Source: Camelus dromedarius
Taxonomy: Eukaryota
Length of the DNA: 64,000 nucleotides
Assembly: GCF_036321535.1 (NCBI RefSeq)
Contig: NC_087447.1
Span: forward strand, 47,060,001 to 47,124,000
Direction: 5' to 3'
The position numbers and the translations under genes are program-made. Position 1 is the stretch's first letter. Every line of letters starts with the position of its first letter. Below are positions 61,301 to 64,000 of the stretch, piece after piece. The notes beneath the pieces are model-generated. The model made no database searches, was not told the DNA's origin, and was given only the letters and a program-made list of their open reading frames with translations.

Positions 61301-64000
61301 GAAAAGGAATTCCAAGCAGAGATGGCATCATCAACAAATGCAGGCAGGAGGTCAACACAGCATGTGCAGGAAAGTGGAAGCAGCCACTATGTAAAGTGCA
61401 AAGCGGGGAGGGTGGGGGCAACAGAGGAGAGGAGCAGCAGGAGTGGGCCTCATATGCCGGGCTAGGGCAGCCATTCAAAGATTTTAAATAGGTTTCTTTT
61501 TTTCTTTCTTTTTCTTCTTCTTTTTGTTTTACACTTTACAAAGCTGACACCAGCTTCGGAGAAGTGGTTATAGGGGAAGAAAAAAGAGGCAGAGAGACCA
61601 GTGAGGAGGCCACTGCAAGGTAAGGATGGGAGATACTGAGGTCCTGAGTTGGGGCAGTGGTATCAGGAATGCAGGGGTGAGGCCAGATTTGAGATCCATT
61701 TAATAGAAAAAAAGAAAAAAGAAAAAAAGGAGTAAGAATGATAGTATTTGATACTTAATGGGCTATAGGGGGTGAGAAGGAGGGAGGAGCCAAACAAACA
61801 TCTAAGTTTCTATTTAGGAGACTAGAGAATGGTGGTGTCTTTATGGAGATGGGAACATGAGAGGTAGGCAGGTTGGAGGAGGGAACAGAGTCTAGCTCTG
61901 AATGGGCTGAAAAAAACAGCTGGTTGCCTTTCTGAGGATGGTGAGGCACGGAGGCTCTGAGCTCCCAGGAGGTCTGCCCAACTGTCCAGGCATCCTCCCT
62001 CTGCCCATGACCAAGAACAGCTTTGGATTCTGGAAGAAGAGCCTCATTTTCAATGTCAGTGCTCTGGCTTGTCATCTGTGGACTCCAGTGACCCTAGAAG
62101 ACCAAAGAGACCATGGGAGCCTGGGCTGTGGGGTTGGTGCTTTATCTCCTCCATTTGTAAGGTGGTAACTGTGCGCCCGCCTTGCTAGAAGCTCTGCAGC
62201 TGGGGATCACACTGATAAATTCACTGTATTACTTTGCACAAATCAATATCCCAGCACTTACCAGGGGTTGATGTGACCGAAATTGGTTTCAGCCAATTCG
62301 TGAGGGTAATAAATGGCCATTTATCAAATCAATTCATTCTGTGGCACTTCTCTGGCTGCCCATCCCCATCGTACCCCTGGGGTGCCAGGCTCCACCTAGC
62401 CAGTCCCTAGCATACATCTGACACTAGCCTAGAGGACCCAGGGAGGCCCAGCTGACCTCTAGACCACTAGCCACTAGCCTCTCCTGCACCTGCTTCAGTC
62501 TTGAGGTCCTGAGGCACTGGCTGCTGCTTGCCTACCAGAAATTCTGACCCGGAGAGTGCCAAATGCTTCAGCTGAGCCGGTAGCTGAACACAATCTGACT
62601 GTCATCAGTGTGACCTTCAGCTGTAGGGCTTCTAGCAAGGCGGGCACACAGTTACTGCCTTACAAATGGAAGAGGGAATGTACCAACCCCACAGCCCAGG
62701 CCCCTATGGCCTCTGTGTCTTTTCCAGCATCACTGGAGCCATAGCAGGGTCAACCTACACACCATAGGACAAGTAGCAGGGCCTTTCTGATGTCAGGCAG
62801 AGTTCGGGTGACAGAATTAAGCTTTGGATAGAAGCAAGAACTCAGGGCAGACATTCTGACAGCCCCGGGGAAGTGGGAAGTAGAATCATCTACTTCTGTT
62901 CTGGGCCAATGGCAAGGAGATACAAGGTGGGTGGTGCAGCAGAGGTCGGTGTAGGATCAGGGGAAGAGTCCAGCCTGGGGCTGGGACAAAGGATCAGTCC
63001 CGGGCTGAAGGAAAAACTGGGCCTGACCTACAGAGCACACTGCCCAACCCCAGATGGTAAACATCTGGAGGATGGGGACTAGGTTTTATTTAGTGCTCCC
63101 TGCTACATACTAGAAAGAACATGTTCTTTACAGTCCTGCAGTCCTGGATTTGGTTTCCCAGCACACAGGTGAGGAAACTGATGCTCAAAGAAGCTGAGTG
63201 ACTAGCCTGAGTTGCACAGCTGGTAAGTGGCCGACCTGCTATTTGAGCTCTGGCTGATCGAATTCTTTCCATTCTAATGTCCTCTTCCCTCTCCCCTCCA
63301 CTACTTATGGGAGCTTCGTATCTTACGGGCTTGGGAAGCCGGTGAGAAGGAGGTCAGAGGAGCAGGTAACCTGCTGGGAAAGGGTGGCATAAGAGGTGGA
63401 GGGAAAACACCATGATGACAGCTGCAGTTCTGGCCCAAGTGGACATGAGATTCCAGCAGGATATGCTTTCTGAGATCTCTGCTAGGTCATCTGTTACTCT
63501 CATGGGCACCTCCTCCTCCTCTCTTCAACCCAAGAGCTCCCAAGGTCTCCCTTCCTTCTACCTAGACATGGCCTTGGCAAAGAAGTAGGGGGTTGCCATC
63601 TCCAAGGTGGTGGCTGAGCATGGCTGTCTGTATCTAGACCCAAAAGGGCAGTCTGGTGTGGTTTGGGCCTGAATAGCAAGGAGTGGTGTATTCAGAAAAG
63701 CTCTCCCTGGTGCCTGTGTGTGCCTGCAGGCTGCCTTCTGCCCTAGAGCTGGTTAGACAGCTCTCGTCTGTGGGCTCCTTTTATCCACTGATGGTCAGGC
63801 CCCTAGTCAGTGGCTCACGACTTGCACATGAGTCCCACTGGTGTGTGAGGATGATTGGATAATGGGCTGGGCTTGGTGTGTCACAGTGCAACTGCCTTCA
63901 TTGTTCAGTGACTCCACTAATTGGTTTTCTAGGGCTGACAATGCCACCCCAGACCATTCCAGAGGGGCACCACAACTTCAGCCTTATGTCTCCTTTTACT

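Noticed and set aside
55385..64000. Further CLPB exons or another gene in the last 8.6 kb
   Set aside because: No match to the expected upstream CLPB peptide (..LKEHIIGQESAIATVG..) and no convincing ORF; treated as intron

Overview
Mammalian genomic DNA, not prokaryotic. A tRNA-Ala-type SINE resembling the camelid vic-1 family suggests a camel or alpaca. The window is the conserved INPPL1-PHOX2A-CLPB block. (1) The last six coding exons and 3'UTR of INPPL1/SHIP2 (+ strand, 1-~3990; proline-rich region, NPAYY motif, SAM domain). (2) The complete three-exon PHOX2A homeobox gene (- strand, CDS 8634->4653, 284 aa) with CpG-island promoter, tail-to-tail with INPPL1. (3) A ~30 kb intergenic transposon graveyard: young and old L1s, MaLR LTRs, a decayed ERV-L provirus, DNA transposons and a probable 3'UTR retrocopy. 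(4) The last nine coding exons of CLPB/SKD3 (- strand, 55384->40675; AAA+ domain); its 5' part lies beyond the window. All exon boundaries were read from GT/AG sites and phase-checked by hand. Repeat subfamily names and old-repeat edges are approximate. I see no new protein-coding system. The best leads are non-coding: a duplicated PHOX2A exon-1 splice donor, back-to-back poly(A) signals, homeodomain-motif clusters in CLPB introns, a dispersed perfect 36-bp hairpin duplication, and stacked retrotransposition events.
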